The notes under the pieces: generated by a model
Told to the model about the DNA's origin: nothing
Database searches by the model: none
What the model saw: only the letters and a program-made list of their open reading frames with translations
In this document: piece by piece, positions 47,049-56,618 of the stretch
Position numbering within the stretch: position 1 is the first letter of the stretch
Layout: every line of letters begins with the position of its first letter
Position numbers and translations under genes: made by a program
Source: a virus
Lineage: Duplodnaviria; Caudoviricetes
IMG/VR virus record: IMGVR_UViG_3300031841_001859
Coordinates: 1-61,389 of that record
Direction: 5' to 3' (one strand)
DNA: 61,389 bases

Positions 47049-48278
47049 TTATAAACTTAATAAATCTTTTTCGAAATGTTTCAAAGTGTAATCTTTTTTC
47101 TTTGATACCGTCTTATAAATTTTATCTTCGATTCCGTTGTCTGCAAAAATCCAGTACACATAATTCTTTCTTGAATCTTTAGTTGTCATTCTATCTCTGG
47201 ATTGCCAGTAGCTAAGTGCACTAAAGTCTATGTTGTAATACACCAGGTAATCAGCTTCTTTCAAACTTATTCCCTCTCTTCCACTTACTATCTGCAACGC
47301 AATACTTTTATTTGTGGTCTTAAACTCTTCCAACTCGGTAGTAAGAGTGTCGCCCAAGACACTTTTTAAAGCATCGTATTCAGCTTTAAATTTATAAAAG
47401 ATACCGAGCTTCTTATTTTTAAATTGCGTGGCTATAAACTCCGCTTTTGATGTATCGAGAACTAAAGACTTTCCGCTTTCAAACTTCACAGTACCAGAAA
47501 ACATTTGATGAATCTTTGACATAAGCTTAACTCCAGTGTCTGCTAATATAACTTCACCCGTCTTTCCCTTTATAACTAAATCTGTTTTTAATTTTTTAAT
47601 TAACTGGTAGGTAGTAAAATCCATTTTTACTTTCAATACTTTCTCAATAGTCTCTACTTTAAACCCCGCCTCCTTCTGCGTGTAGGAAATCATATATGGT
47701 TTCATTTCATCTAAGATTGTTTCTTTGCCTTGCGTGTAGTCGTTGTGTGGCATTGCTCCAATCTTTTTCTGAAACACATTGACATACTCTCTTGCGAACT
47801 TATAAAAGTTTGTGTGATGTTTGAAAGGATTGTTAGGACAAGAGTACACTTGATGATACATCTGACTAAATGATTCGGGAGTTGGTGTTCCTGACATTAG
47901 AATAACGTAGGGTCTATTGATAAGTATTATATCTTTTACTTGCTTAGCTCTCTTACTTGGCTTTGGATACGCACCCATTGAATGAGCTTCATCAAGTACA
48001 ATTAAATCAAACTTACCTTGAATCTTATGTAAGCTTTCATAATTAATAATAACAATCTCGTAGTTGGGATTTAGTTTATTGTAATCTTCCTGGATGGAAG
48101 ACATCGCTTTCTTCTTTGTTACGAACAACATCCTGCCAATGTTTAAATTGTTTGCTACACCCATAGCAGTAAGTGTCTTTCCAGTTCTTACCTGCATAGA
48201 CAAATAAACAAACTTACTTTTATAAACCACGGCTGTGGCTTTTTTAATAATCTCTATTTGATAGTCACGATACTTCAT
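47049..48278 (-). CDS. SF2 (SNF2-like) helicase
   Basis: RDYQ, VRTGKT, INYESL, LDEAH, MSGTP, EGISL, QSRDR. Confidence 0.85.
   Translation of the reverse strand: MKYRDYQIEIIKKATAVVYKSKFVYLSMQVRTGKTLTAMGVANNLNIGRMLFVTKKKAMSSIQEDYNKLNPNYEIVIINYESLHKIQGKFDLIVLDEAHSMGAYPKPSKRAKQVKDIILINRPYVILMSGTPTPESFSQMYHQVYSCPNNPFKHHTNFYKFAREYVNVFQKKIGAMPHNDYTQGKETILDEMKPYMISYTQKEAGFKVETIEKVLKVKMDFTTYQLIKKLKTDLVIKGKTGEVILADTGVKLMSKIHQMFSGTVKFESGKSLVLDTSKAEFIATQFKNKKLGIFYKFKAEYDALKSVLGDTLTTELEEFKTTNKSIALQIVSGREGISLKEADYLVYYNIDFSALSYWQSRDRMTTKDSRKNYVYWIFADNGIEDKIYKTVSKKKDYTLKHFEKDLLSL
47346..47363. repeat. Palindrome, near-perfect copy (1 mismatch)
   Basis: AGTGTCG-CCCA-AGACACT, inside the helicase gene. Confidence 0.65.
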
Positions 48279-48326
48279 AAAAAAACCGAGGAGCAGAAAT
48301 CAACCAAACGACCCCCCGGCATAAAC

Positions 48327-48692
48327 TTATTTAATTTGTTTTAATAAAAATTTTAAAAGATGAGCATAAGAATTTTTAGGATTGTCTTTGTAAAAATCTT
48401 TTGGCTCATGCAGTACGAACTGAATTTTTTTCCAGCCAGTGCTTGGAACTTTAAACCCATACCATAACTTGCATTGTTTTGATGCTTCCGGTAATGTGTT
48501 ACCTAATCCCCACCCTCTTGGGTATCCATGATTGTTTAATGTAAAAAGTTTTTTAGTTTCTCTAAGAAACGAAAAGTAGTTGTCACACTTCCAACCAATG
48601 TATTTGGAATTAGGATGTATATAATAATTCCATTTTAAAGTTTTACGTCTACCACTTTCATTAAGCAGCTGACGTACATCTATGATTTTCAT
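48327..48692 (-). CDS. Hypothetical protein (likely start MKIIDV)
   Basis: The longer ORF-track start would include the promoter at 48747-48778. Confidence 0.55.
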   Translation of the reverse strand: MKIIDVRQLLNESGRRKTLKWNYYIHPNSKYIGWKCDNYFSFLRETKKLFTLNNHGYPRGWGLGNTLPEASKQCKLWYGFKVPSTGWKKIQFVLHEPKDFYKDNPKNSYAHLLKFLLKQIK

Positions 48693-48746
48693 AATTAATG
48701 ATTTTATGTTTAAACAATTTTGACAGAACGTCAAAGAACTATAATA

Positions 48747-48778
48747 CAAAGATACGAAAAAAATATTAAATGTGCAAA
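48747..48778 (-). promoter_or_regulatory. Bacteroidota sigma70 promoter
   Basis: Minus strand TTTG-N20-TATCTTTG. Confidence 0.75.
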
Positions 48779-48797
48779 TCTTGTTCATAACGTGGGA

Positions 48798-51212
48798 TTA
48801 GAAAGGTACTTCAAATTGTTCATCTTCTTCTTGTTTCTCTCTTATCATAAACCAACGACCCGTTGTATCTCTTCCTTCCTCTGGTGCAATACCCTCTGAA
48901 TACATACAGTAACTATGCAACCATTTGTAGAATCTTATCCTACTTATAGTCATCTTAGATTTTGGACCGTAGTCTGGATACTCATTAATGAAATCAAAAT
49001 ACATTTCATTTTTATAAATCTTAATACCTGGTGTAAGCTTGTCATTTAGCACTGTGCCTTTGAGTAAACCGCACCACTCTATAAAGTCGTGAGATGTTTC
49101 AGCTGAGAGTTGTCTAATCTTTAGATTTACAAAGTCACTCTGAACAAGCCCCTCTCTTAAATACATTTGAAGACATTGAATCATATAGTTATCAAAGATG
49201 CACCACTCATCTGAATCCCAGTCTCCAAAAAATAATTTTCCAAACTCATCTTGAGGAGTAAATGTTTTAGTGTAGTGTTGAAATAATTCTAACTCCCACT
49301 TCCTTCTAGCAAAAGAATTACCCGCACCTTTTATTGCATAGTTTGTGGTAATGGCAATCTTTGGACTCTTGCTAAATGGAATCTTAATTGCATCCTTGTT
49401 TTTCTTTTCCAGTGTCAATCCCTCAGTCACTACACTAAACAACCTTTCAAAGTCAAAGTATTTTTTAACATCATCAAAGCATAGTATCTGAGTATCAGCT
49501 GAGACTAACTGGTAAGCAAAAGACCTTTCGAAAGTAAAAGCCTTACCATCTATAGTGACAAGCTTTTTCATGTGGCTTAGAGCGTTCATAAAGATTCCTT
49601 TACCAGTTCCACCCTCTGGGTTATCAGATATAACTTCATCATTGAGAATCACTGCGGGGCAGTAAGATAAATTTTTATGACCGTGCATTAAGAATCCAAT
49701 CGTTGATTCCATCGATGCTTTTCTTTTTAAATCTTTAGCACAGATGTTATAAATAAAAGTTTGGTAATCACACTCTGTTGTATCACAGTCTTTATACATT
49801 CTATCTATCACGTGGTCTTTCCAAACATAGCCACCCAGGTCAAGATAATCTATAGCTGTTACCTCATCTTTGGTTATTTGTACTGCACAATTCTTGTAAT
49901 ACAAGTAAGAAGTTTTTGGTGTATCAGCTATAAAATATATATCAATCGTGCTTAAAAGAGTTAAAAACTCCTCTCTAAACAGTCTAGTTTGGTCAGCAAA
50001 GTAATTATAAATTGACACATCTTCATAATGATACAGTGTGTCCAAGACGAAATCTTTTATTTCTTTCTCGCTCGTGTGGTCTATAAGATTGTTTGTAACC
50101 TTGACAAATACATAGTTCTTCCCACCCTCTGGACAGTACTTATAAAATCCGCTGTCTTCTAAATACTTTTTAAATAGGATTGGTATTACTTTTATTGTAC
50201 CCTTTTCATTCTTGCTCCAAAATTTAAATGTATCATCTTCCTCTGCTTTTTCTATCACTGCATCTATTACTTCATCTTCTAGCTGCGACTCCATCAACTC
50301 TCTTCTAATAACTTTTTTTGAATCTCCTCTTTTTATTCTCTGTTTTATATCATTGATAGTCTCAGTGTCTTCGTAATACTTGGTAGCAAAGTTCTGAGTC
50401 TTTGAGTAAGCTGACCTAATGGTAGTTTCTATTTCTGATTTAGGAAAATCTTTTGATGAGTATTGATTACAAACAAATGATGCTAAGCTTTTGCTTATTC
50501 CAAAATCATTAAAGGCCATAGCTAAAATATAGACATTGTGATTGCGCTGTCCCTCAGCCATTGGATATTTTTTCTGCCACCACTTCACTAAGATATCTAC
50601 TATCTTGTTCTCATCAGTAATCTTTATTGTAGGTTTGTCTCTGTATGTACTTCTCTCATCATACTCTTCCTCTTCAATTGTATCCCAGAGTAAACTGTTT
50701 GGATTAAAATATATAAGTGGGTCATAGCTTTCATAACAAACTCTAGATAAGTTTTTACTGGTCGTGTCAAAGTATTCTGAATTGAACTCACTCTTAAGTG
50801 AATTGAAATACTTGGTATGATTCTCTGGCTCTGGTGGTATTCTAACTAAAACTTTTAATCCGTTACCAGATGGAGAAACAAAAACAGAGAACACAAACTT
50901 ATTGTTTATGAACTGCTCTTTATTCTGGAGTAAGTCTTTTGTTTTGTCGTAGCCATCAAAGTCTAAACAGATGATACCGCTGTGCTCTTGTAATGATGAA
51001 TCGCTACGCTTGTTGAATTGTCCGCTGAAACAGATAGCGGGTAGATTTTTTTTAAGTTCGTTTCTTTTAGTCTTATCCTTTTCTTTCCTTATTTCTTTGA
51101 TAAGAATTTTAGACTTGCCTTCCTTAATTCTTTTGAGTATGTAAGCTACATCTTTGAAGAAAGGTGTCTCTGTTTCTTTAATGTTTTTAAATATAGTTAC
51201 TTGTTGTTTCAA
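48798..51212 (-). CDS. Primase-helicase (BT4734/VirE-N-like N-terminus, PriCT, P-loop domain)
   Basis: LPAICFSG.F..R, HSGIICLDFD, FVSPSGNGLK, EGQRN, EGGTGKG, FDDV. Confidence 0.8.
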   Translation of the reverse strand: MKQQVTIFKNIKETETPFFKDVAYILKRIKEGKSKILIKEIRKEKDKTKRNELKKNLPAICFSGQFNKRSDSSLQEHSGIICLDFDGYDKTKDLLQNKEQFINNKFVFSVFVSPSGNGLKVLVRIPPEPENHTKYFNSLKSEFNSEYFDTTSKNLSRVCYESYDPLIYFNPNSLLWDTIEEEEYDERSTYRDKPTIKITDENKIVDILVKWWQKKYPMAEGQRNHNVYILAMAFNDFGISKSLASFVCNQYSSKDFPKSEIETTIRSAYSKTQNFATKYYEDTETINDIKQRIKRGDSKKVIRRELMESQLEDEVIDAVIEKAEEDDTFKFWSKNEKGTIKVIPILFKKYLEDSGFYKYCPEGGKNYVFVKVTNNLIDHTSEKEIKDFVLDTLYHYEDVSIYNYFADQTRLFREEFLTLLSTIDIYFIADTPKTSYLYYKNCAVQITKDEVTAIDYLDLGGYVWKDHVIDRMYKDCDTTECDYQTFIYNICAKDLKRKASMESTIGFLMHGHKNLSYCPAVILNDEVISDNPEGGTGKGIFMNALSHMKKLVTIDGKAFTFERSFAYQLVSADTQILCFDDVKKYFDFERLFSVVTEGLTLEKKNKDAIKIPFSKSPKIAITTNYAIKGAGNSFARRKWELELFQHYTKTFTPQDEFGKLFFGDWDSDEWCIFDNYMIQCLQMYLREGLVQSDFVNLKIRQLSAETSHDFIEWCGLLKGTVLNDKLTPGIKIYKNEMYFDFINEYPDYGPKSKMTISRIRFYKWLHSYCMYSEGIAPEEGRDTTGRWFMIREKQEEDEQFEVPF

Positions 51213-51286
51213 TGTTGATTTATTTTTTTTGTTTTAAGAGGGGGTCACGATGCCCCCTCAGAATTAAAACCAATTTATATGAAAAA

Positions 51287-51565
51287 TTAAAAAGGGAAAT
51301 TATCACTGCCCTCTTTAAGTTTTTCTACCTCTTGTTTGTCTAAAGAGGTAGTCTCGCTTTCATCTTTCTTATATGGAAGACTCTGCTTGATAGATAACTT
51401 GTCATCGCCTGCTTTTGTTTTACCATACCAAGCAGCGATTTCATATTCTTTCCCATCCAGGCCCGTCATCGTGCCTTTAAGGTCGGGTTGTGTTTCCTTT
51501 TCTTTGTAATTATTTTTGAAAAGAGAACCGCTTCCCTCTTTATGTACATATTTATCTTTATCCAT
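51287..51565 (-). CDS. Putative single-stranded DNA-binding protein
   Basis: GSLFKN..K....PDLKG...EYEIAAW; acidic C-terminus ending NFPF. Confidence 0.6.
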   Translation of the reverse strand: MDKDKYVHKEGSGSLFKNNYKEKETQPDLKGTMTGLDGKEYEIAAWYGKTKAGDDKLSIKQSLPYKKDESETTSLDKQEVEKLKEGSDNFPF

Positions 51566-51575
51566 TTTGTTTTTA

Positions 51576-52370
51576 TTAAGTTAATATTCCTTTTAATACT
51601 ATGTCTTTGATAGACTTTGTATTGCTATCGCCAAAGTATTCTTTATAGTGAGTCAAAGCGTGTTCAACTTTGTTCTTACCTTTCTCGATAAACTCCGGGG
51701 AACAATTAAATACAGCTACATCATAGTAGTCTTCATCAATTGTACCATAAGACTTTTTTGTCTTTCCAATTACAAAGAACACCAAGGGCATACCGAATAA
51801 CTCCTGGTATATGTATGCTTGACTATCATAGAAGTAATAGCTAGCGTTGTTTTGGAAACTGTAGATATCTCTACTTGTTTTGATATCTATAATTATATTA
51901 TCACTAATACAATCTGCTTTACCTTTAAACAAATGCCCGTGCAGTTCTTTAATCATTGGCTCTTCATACTTAGCCCCAAACCTAAAAAGATATTCTCTTA
52001 AGCTTGCGGTCTTGCTATTGGACTCATCCATAAACCACTCTGCCATGGCTCTGACTTCATCTGCTTCACTTGTTTTAAGTGCGAAGCTTAAGTCATTCTC
52101 CTGGAGAAATTGTCTATAAGAAGCGTTCCTTACGCTTCCATCAAAAGTCGGGAAGCTTTTAGCTTTCTTTGGCTCAAGGAGAAGTTGATGAAACAACCTC
52201 CCTCTTGCCAAGTTCTCATTCTCAAGGACCGGCAATCTAAATTGCGCCGGCTCTTGATAGAGAGTTTTAATATCTGAATTGCTCAGAAATTGTTTACCAC
52301 CCTCGCCATAATAATATTCATCATTACGAAGCTTTTCTATTTCTTGCTTTAGGTTTAGTTTCTTTACCAT
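51576..52370 (-). CDS. PD-(D/E)XK exonuclease, RecE/DUF3799-like
   Basis: YY...LSNSDIK...GRLFHQLLLEP...KGKAD...DIKTS...YDSQAYIY. Confidence 0.75.
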   Translation of the reverse strand: MVKKLNLKQEIEKLRNDEYYYGEGGKQFLSNSDIKTLYQEPAQFRLPVLENENLARGRLFHQLLLEPKKAKSFPTFDGSVRNASYRQFLQENDLSFALKTSEADEVRAMAEWFMDESNSKTASLREYLFRFGAKYEEPMIKELHGHLFKGKADCISDNIIIDIKTSRDIYSFQNNASYYFYDSQAYIYQELFGMPLVFFVIGKTKKSYGTIDEDYYDVAVFNCSPEFIEKGKNKVEHALTHYKEYFGDSNTKSIKDIVLKGILT

Positions 52371-52905
52371 CAGAATTTTCTTTAATTAATTTAATCTTCT
52401 TGTCATCGACATCCTTGTAGGTGTCAACTATCTTTTGGAAGATTTGCTCTTCCGACATCTCCGGTTTGTTTTCTCTATACCATTTGATGCCTCCCAACAC
52501 TTCCTCTAAATTAAATTCTTTCAGAGGTAGTTCCTCTTCTGAATCTTTTATTGGCGTGCTTGATTGTTTGACAGCGTTAGCCACCTCATTGTATGAAGCA
52601 ACTGCTTCATCAATTCCAATACCAAAATTACCAAGGGCTCTACCCCACGCTGAGGTCTCACAGTTCTCCACATAACTTGTTTTGTTTATGAACGAACTTC
52701 CCTTGACTTCCTGGGCTAAGCCAGTCGAAATTGGTACTTGGTTATCATCAAAGATTGTAGCCTTGATGAGTATAGTAGTCTCAGTAGTTTCTAAAACTTC
52801 TGAGATAAGACTGTAGCCAGGGTAATTAGAACGAAAGTATTTAAGTCTTTCGTTTACCTCAACATAAGCCTTATTTTGAATAGTAGTAGTTTTAAGTTTA
52901 GTCAT
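52324..52905 (-). CDS. Putative ssDNA-annealing (Rad52/Sak-like) protein
   Basis: YVEVNERLKYFR...TGLAQE...INKTSYVENCETSAWGRALG..GIG; next to the exonuclease. Confidence 0.6.
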   Translation of the reverse strand: MTKLKTTTIQNKAYVEVNERLKYFRSNYPGYSLISEVLETTETTILIKATIFDDNQVPISTGLAQEVKGSSFINKTSYVENCETSAWGRALGNFGIGIDEAVASYNEVANAVKQSSTPIKDSEEELPLKEFNLEEVLGGIKWYRENKPEMSEEQIFQKIVDTYKDVDDKKIKLIKENSDGKETKPKARNRKAS

Positions 52906-53329
52906 TACTTTTTAATTTTTGAGTTAGCTTGAAATATTTTTTGAGTATCTGCTCTCTAGTTTCCTTGAAGAACTTCAACCTCTTCTGACTGTTGCTGCTG
53001 TTTATTTCTCTTGCGATACTATCCTTTATTCTCTCTAGTTTAGATTTGTATTTGGATAGTGTCATTTGAATCACAGCCTTTCTCCACCCTTGCTCCTGGA
53101 AAAACATATAGCCCTCCGGGTCAATCTCGACATAGTAGTTGGTGCTTTTTTGTGGGTCAAATATTTTAACCTCGCCAGTCTCATCATCTCTAATGATTTT
53201 AACTCCCAGGTAAATACAAGACTCATACCCATCTCCTATGAGGTGTACACTTGCATAATCAGAACAAGCTTCATTGAATATTTCATCTAAGTTATACTTC
53301 AATTTCTTCTTGCATAATTGAATTAGCAA
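52898..53329 (-). CDS. Hypothetical protein
   Basis: ORF in operon. Confidence 0.6.
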   Translation of the reverse strand: MLIQLCKKKLKYNLDEIFNEACSDYASVHLIGDGYESCIYLGVKIIRDDETGEVKIFDPQKSTNYYVEIDPEGYMFFQEQGWRKAVIQMTLSKYKSKLERIKDSIAREINSSNSQKRLKFFKETREQILKKYFKLTQKLKSND

Positions 53330-53597
53330 TTAGTTTAAAGTCCTTATCGTTTTCGATAGTCGTTGTTATCTCCTTGATACCGTGTAGTATCGTAGTGTGC
53401 TCAAGAGAGTGACCCTCCCTAGACATATAATCTTTTATCTCGGTTGGTCTCATTCCTCTTTTCGTACACAAGTAGTATAACAATTGTCTAGCCTCAACGA
53501 CTGACTTCTTTCTAGACTTTTCAAACAAGTCCGCATGGTTTATTTCCATGTGCTCTAATATTCTTTCAATGAACTTTTTAAATAATTTATATTTCAT
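53292..53597 (-). CDS. Second DnaA C-terminal-like HTH protein
   Basis: LFEKSRKKSVVEARQLLYYLC...HTTILHGIK. Confidence 0.65.
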   Translation of the reverse strand: MKYKLFKKFIERILEHMEINHADLFEKSRKKSVVEARQLLYYLCTKRGMRPTEIKDYMSREGHSLEHTTILHGIKEITTTIENDKDFKLIANSIMQEEIEV

Positions 53598-53599
53598 AA

Positions 53600-53782
53600 T
53601 TAAATTTTTAGAGATTGTAAAATTTTTTGAAGGAATACATCTTGCTTAGATTCTGACATCGTATTCTTGTGAGTCTGAAAAAACTTAACCGATGTATGTA
53701 CCTCCCCTAATTTTTTTTTAAGGGCCTCATTACTTTGTAGTAAGTAGGTATTTAATTCTTGTTGTGCAGTTTGCTCCGGCAT
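53600..53782 (-). CDS. Hypothetical protein
   Basis: ORF in operon. Confidence 0.5.
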   Translation of the reverse strand: MPEQTAQQELNTYLLQSNEALKKKLGEVHTSVKFFQTHKNTMSESKQDVFLQKILQSLKI

Positions 53783-53784
53783 AA

Positions 53785-54078
53785 TTAAAGGTGTAATAAT
53801 TTTAATCTTCTTTTATATTTCCTAGCTAGAGCCAGTTCCTTTTTACAATCGTTCAATAAATCTAAATCATCTTTAGATAATTTGCAAATAAAATAGGATT
53901 GACTTTGCTTTTTTGTTCGTGTCGTTCTTTTTCTAACGACCTCCACTTGTGTCTCTAAATCCATAGAAAATATTCTCCTGGAAATATTATTGTGGAGTTC
54001 AATTATCCTATCATAAATATATTTTTTATGATTGGATACTCTCTTGTAGTTTTTCAGTAAGGTTGGTATTGTTTTCAT
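53785..54078 (-). CDS. Basic hypothetical protein
   Basis: ORF in operon. Confidence 0.5.
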   Translation of the reverse strand: MKTIPTLLKNYKRVSNHKKYIYDRIIELHNNISRRIFSMDLETQVEVVRKRTTRTKKQSQSYFICKLSKDDLDLLNDCKKELALARKYKRRLKLLHL

Positions 54079-54259
54079 TTGTTGTTGAGTTGGTTGCGAT
54101 TGGTGTTAGATGATAGACATAATCAGAGTAGATTGTCTCTTGGTGTCCACAAGCTTTACACTTATAAATGTGTTCCGCCCATTCTCCCATATAACTAGAA
54201 TCAACAAGTGTCAATTCAGTTGGGGAACAAGCGGAACAATTTTTATATACAAAACTCAT
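54026..54259 (-). CDS. Zn-ribbon protein
   Basis: CSAC...CKAC; directly after the promoter at 54268-54299. Confidence 0.55.
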   Translation of the reverse strand: MSFVYKNCSACSPTELTLVDSSYMGEWAEHIYKCKACGHQETIYSDYVYHLTPIATNSTTNENNTNLTEKLQESIQS

Positions 54260-54267
54260 AGATAGTG

Positions 54268-54299
54268 TAAAGATAGTTCATTGATTTGTCACTACCAAA
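54268..54299 (-). promoter_or_regulatory. Bacteroidota sigma70 promoter
   Basis: Minus strand TTTG-N20-TATCTTTA. Confidence 0.7.
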
Positions 54300-54302
54300 T
54301 TT

Positions 54303-54665
54303 TTATCTATTAAAATCATTTAACATTTCAATTAAGTCTGCGACCTCTTGCTTAGTTTTCCATCCCGCTACTGCGACTGAGCCTCCTAGGCAAAGTCCGA
54401 CCTCAAAGTTTTCTTTACCATCTCCGTAGAAATTGTCTCCTCCTACTACGGATATGATTAAGCCTTTGTCCTCATCTCCAACGGCATAGGTGGCTCTTAC
54501 TCCACTACCGCAAGGATGAGTTTTAAATTCTAAGGAGTCAAAAGTATCTTTAACTTTTTCTTCCATCTCTTTATCAAGTTGTTCAATCGACTTCACATCG
54601 ATATCTAAAACTTTATTTATTACTTCATTAAATTTAGTCATAACAATTAATTTTAAGTTAAACAA
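54303..54665 (-). CDS. Hypothetical early protein
   Basis: TFDSLEFKTHP...ISVVGG..FYGDG...FEV. Confidence 0.65.
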   Translation of the reverse strand: MFNLKLIVMTKFNEVINKVLDIDVKSIEQLDKEMEEKVKDTFDSLEFKTHPCGSGVRATYAVGDEDKGLIISVVGGDNFYGDGKENFEVGLCLGGSVAVAGWKTKQEVADLIEMLNDFNR

Positions 54666-54670
54666 AGGTG

Positions 54671-54702
54671 TAAAGATAGTTCATAACATTTATATTACCA
54701 AA
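54671..54702 (-). promoter_or_regulatory. Bacteroidota sigma70 promoter
   Basis: Minus strand TTTG-N20-TATCTTTA; shares TGAACTATCTTTACAC with the 54268 promoter. Confidence 0.7.
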
Positions 54703-54711
54703 TAATAATGC

Positions 54712-54740
54712 AAAAAAAAAGCAGGCCTTTCGACCTGCTT
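54712..54740 (-). terminator. Rho-independent terminator
   Basis: Minus strand GCAGGTC-GAAA-GGCCTGC followed by T9. Confidence 0.8.
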
Positions 54741-54758
54741 CAACATTAAAACTAAAAT

Positions 54759-54869
54759 TTAAACAGTATAGAAACTGCAGTTCTCTCCGCACATTGAACA
54801 CCTACTGTACATTAGTTCATTGCCGTAAGGTAGTGCATCGCAGCAGCTAGATAGGAACGTTGGTTTCAT
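54759..54869 (-). CDS. Tiny Cys-rich (Zn-binding?) protein (36 aa, not in ORF track)
   Basis: MKPTFLSSCCDALPYGNELMYSRCSMCGENCSFYTV. Confidence 0.55.
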   Translation of the reverse strand: MKPTFLSSCCDALPYGNELMYSRCSMCGENCSFYTV

Positions 54870-55089
54870 TATTATTTTCTTTTAATATTTCTTGTATTCC
54901 ATTTAGTCTTCTGAGTTTTTCATCAGTTGGTAGTTCGTTCCAATCTCCTGGTGGTTGCCACTCGGGGTTGGCTTTTCTCATAGTAGCAAAAACAATTCTT
55001 TGTTTGGTTGCCACTTTCTCTTCATCGGTATCAGATAATAATTCTGACATCCATAAAAATTTGTTAGCTAGATTTAGTAAGTCATTCAT
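54847..55089 (-). CDS. Hypothetical protein
   Basis: RIVFAT...PPGDWNELPTDEKLRRL. Confidence 0.6.
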   Translation of the reverse strand: MNDLLNLANKFLWMSELLSDTDEEKVATKQRIVFATMRKANPEWQPPGDWNELPTDEKLRRLNGIQEILKENNNETNVPI

Positions 55090-55091
55090 TG

Positions 55092-55304
55092 TTATTTATT
55101 TTTAGTGTTAAGATGTTTCATTAAACTTTCTAAGGCAAAATCTATAAACGGGTCTGCCTTTTGTTTGAATACAAGTTCTCCTTGAGTTCTTGTTCTAGGT
55201 ATATTCATCCTAGTTCTATCCTTATCAGATAGTTGCTCTGCCCACTCTTTGGTTTCTCGTTGGGCTTTCTTTTGTTTATGGCCGTGCCATTTAGGTTTGT
55301 TCAT
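55092..55304 (-). CDS. Hypothetical protein
   Basis: ORF in operon. Confidence 0.5.
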   Translation of the reverse strand: MNKPKWHGHKQKKAQRETKEWAEQLSDKDRTRMNIPRTRTQGELVFKQKADPFIDFALESLMKHLNTKNK

Positions 55305-55307
55305 TAT

Positions 55308-56417
55308 TTATAGTTTAAATTGTTGCATTACTTCCTCGGTCTCAAATTTCTGACACGAGTGACACCACCATTCATTTGAGTAAGGGTCTTGCTCGGTTGC
55401 TTGTGAGCAGTCCGGACATAGCCTAGTCTCCTGGTTGTAGTTAAGTTCAAAACATTGAGTGTCGCTAGCGACACTCTCCGTTTCTTTCAAGTACTCTTCT
55501 TGTCTCCACCAAGGAGTCCACTCCTTACTGTCTGCATAAGTATAAGACCTATCTCTTAGGGAAAACTTAGGATAGGTTTTTTCGTAGCTACTGTGTAGCT
55601 GCTTGCCTTTGTACTCTTGACCTTGGCCAAAGTATAACCAAGCTTTGTACACTCTGCCTTTAACAAGCACAGTGATTTCTCTTCTCTTGTAGTGTCTCGG
55701 GTGTCCCTCAAGCATATCGAGTTGAGCAAGTGTAGTATCACTGACTGCAAACAAATCAATATCAATAAGGTGTCCCACTCCTGGCTTGTCTATCACATAA
55801 GGTAGCCCTGGTATTATCATCGGGTACTTCATGGTTGTTTTACCTTTACCAATAAAGGTTTCATTTCTAAGATAGCTATAGTAGTTGCCATTGCCTTTCT
55901 TAAGTGTACCATAGACTGCTACAAGGTTGTTCTTAATAACATTGTCTTTGGAGTACCAGGTGCTGCCATCTTTAGTCCATAACTTTTGGTTGTAGATTTG
56001 AAATGTTCTATTCCTGGTGTTGATAGTAACAAACCTGGAATCATACTTCGCAAGTTCTTTTTTCCAAGTGTTACGAGGTATCATACCGAGTGCATTAGCG
56101 AGGGTGCGAGAATCAGATACCGCATCAGTTCCTAGCCCTGGTATTGTACCATTGTGCATCAGTAGTTCGTGCTTGTTGTTACCACATACGAAAGGATGGG
56201 TGTTGGCCTTGTTAACTTTACCTTTGGTTGCATATCTGAAATGAGCAATGAAAGGTCTATTGGTTACAAGTTTTTTCCAGTCCGTAGACTTATGATAAGT
56301 TGTCTCGTAAGTATCGAGCCAAACAATCCCCAGTCCGTGAGGATTTATTTTTGAGGATGTCCTCAAAGTTGTTTTTGACAATTGCTTGCCGGTTTGATTG
56401 ATTATTATTACACACAT
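55308..56417 (-). CDS. Class II glutamine amidotransferase fused to gamma-glutamylcyclotransferase (AIG2-like) and a C-terminal Zn ribbon
   Basis: N-terminal MC, NPHGLG, HFRYAT.G, NTHPF, MHNG; VAVYGTLK.G...LDMLEG.P..Y.R; CPDC...CHSC. Confidence 0.8.
   Translation of the reverse strand: MCVIIINQTGKQLSKTTLRTSSKINPHGLGIVWLDTYETTYHKSTDWKKLVTNRPFIAHFRYATKGKVNKANTHPFVCGNNKHELLMHNGTIPGLGTDAVSDSRTLANALGMIPRNTWKKELAKYDSRFVTINTRNRTFQIYNQKLWTKDGSTWYSKDNVIKNNLVAVYGTLKKGNGNYYSYLRNETFIGKGKTTMKYPMIIPGLPYVIDKPGVGHLIDIDLFAVSDTTLAQLDMLEGHPRHYKRREITVLVKGRVYKAWLYFGQGQEYKGKQLHSSYEKTYPKFSLRDRSYTYADSKEWTPWWRQEEYLKETESVASDTQCFELNYNQETRLCPDCSQATEQDPYSNEWWCHSCQKFETEEVMQQFKL
55457..55476. repeat. Palindrome GTGTCG-N4-CGACAC, copy 3
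   Basis: GAGTGTCG-CTAG-CGACACTC. Confidence 0.9.
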
Positions 56418-56467
56418 AGTTAGTTAGTTGCGAGGGTGCACCATTGTACACGACCTCAAGTTATACA

Positions 56468-56499
56468 CAAAGATACAACAAGTTATGCACATTACCAAA
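56468..56499 (-). promoter_or_regulatory. Bacteroidota sigma70 promoter
   Basis: Minus strand TTTG-N20-TATCTTTG. Confidence 0.75.
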
Positions 56500-56618
56500 T
56501 TTATTTGTAAGTGCCTGGTTTCCAGAGTTGTAAAATTTTTTTGGATTTTCAGATTTGTTTCTTATATTTGATAATCATATTATTTATTTGTGGCGTTTGA
56601 TTAGCGCCGGATTATAAT

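Noticed and set aside
48693-48788. N-terminal extension of the 48327 ORF; likewise the 59424 ORF and the 59727 start
   Set aside because: These overlap promoter elements or the low-complexity divergent region; downstream ATGs fit better, or there is no coding signal.
54759-54850. tRNA or structured RNA in this GC-richer gap
   Set aside because: No cloverleaf or T-loop motif; better explained by a 36-aa Cys-rich ORF. No tRNA was recognised anywhere, but no scan was run.
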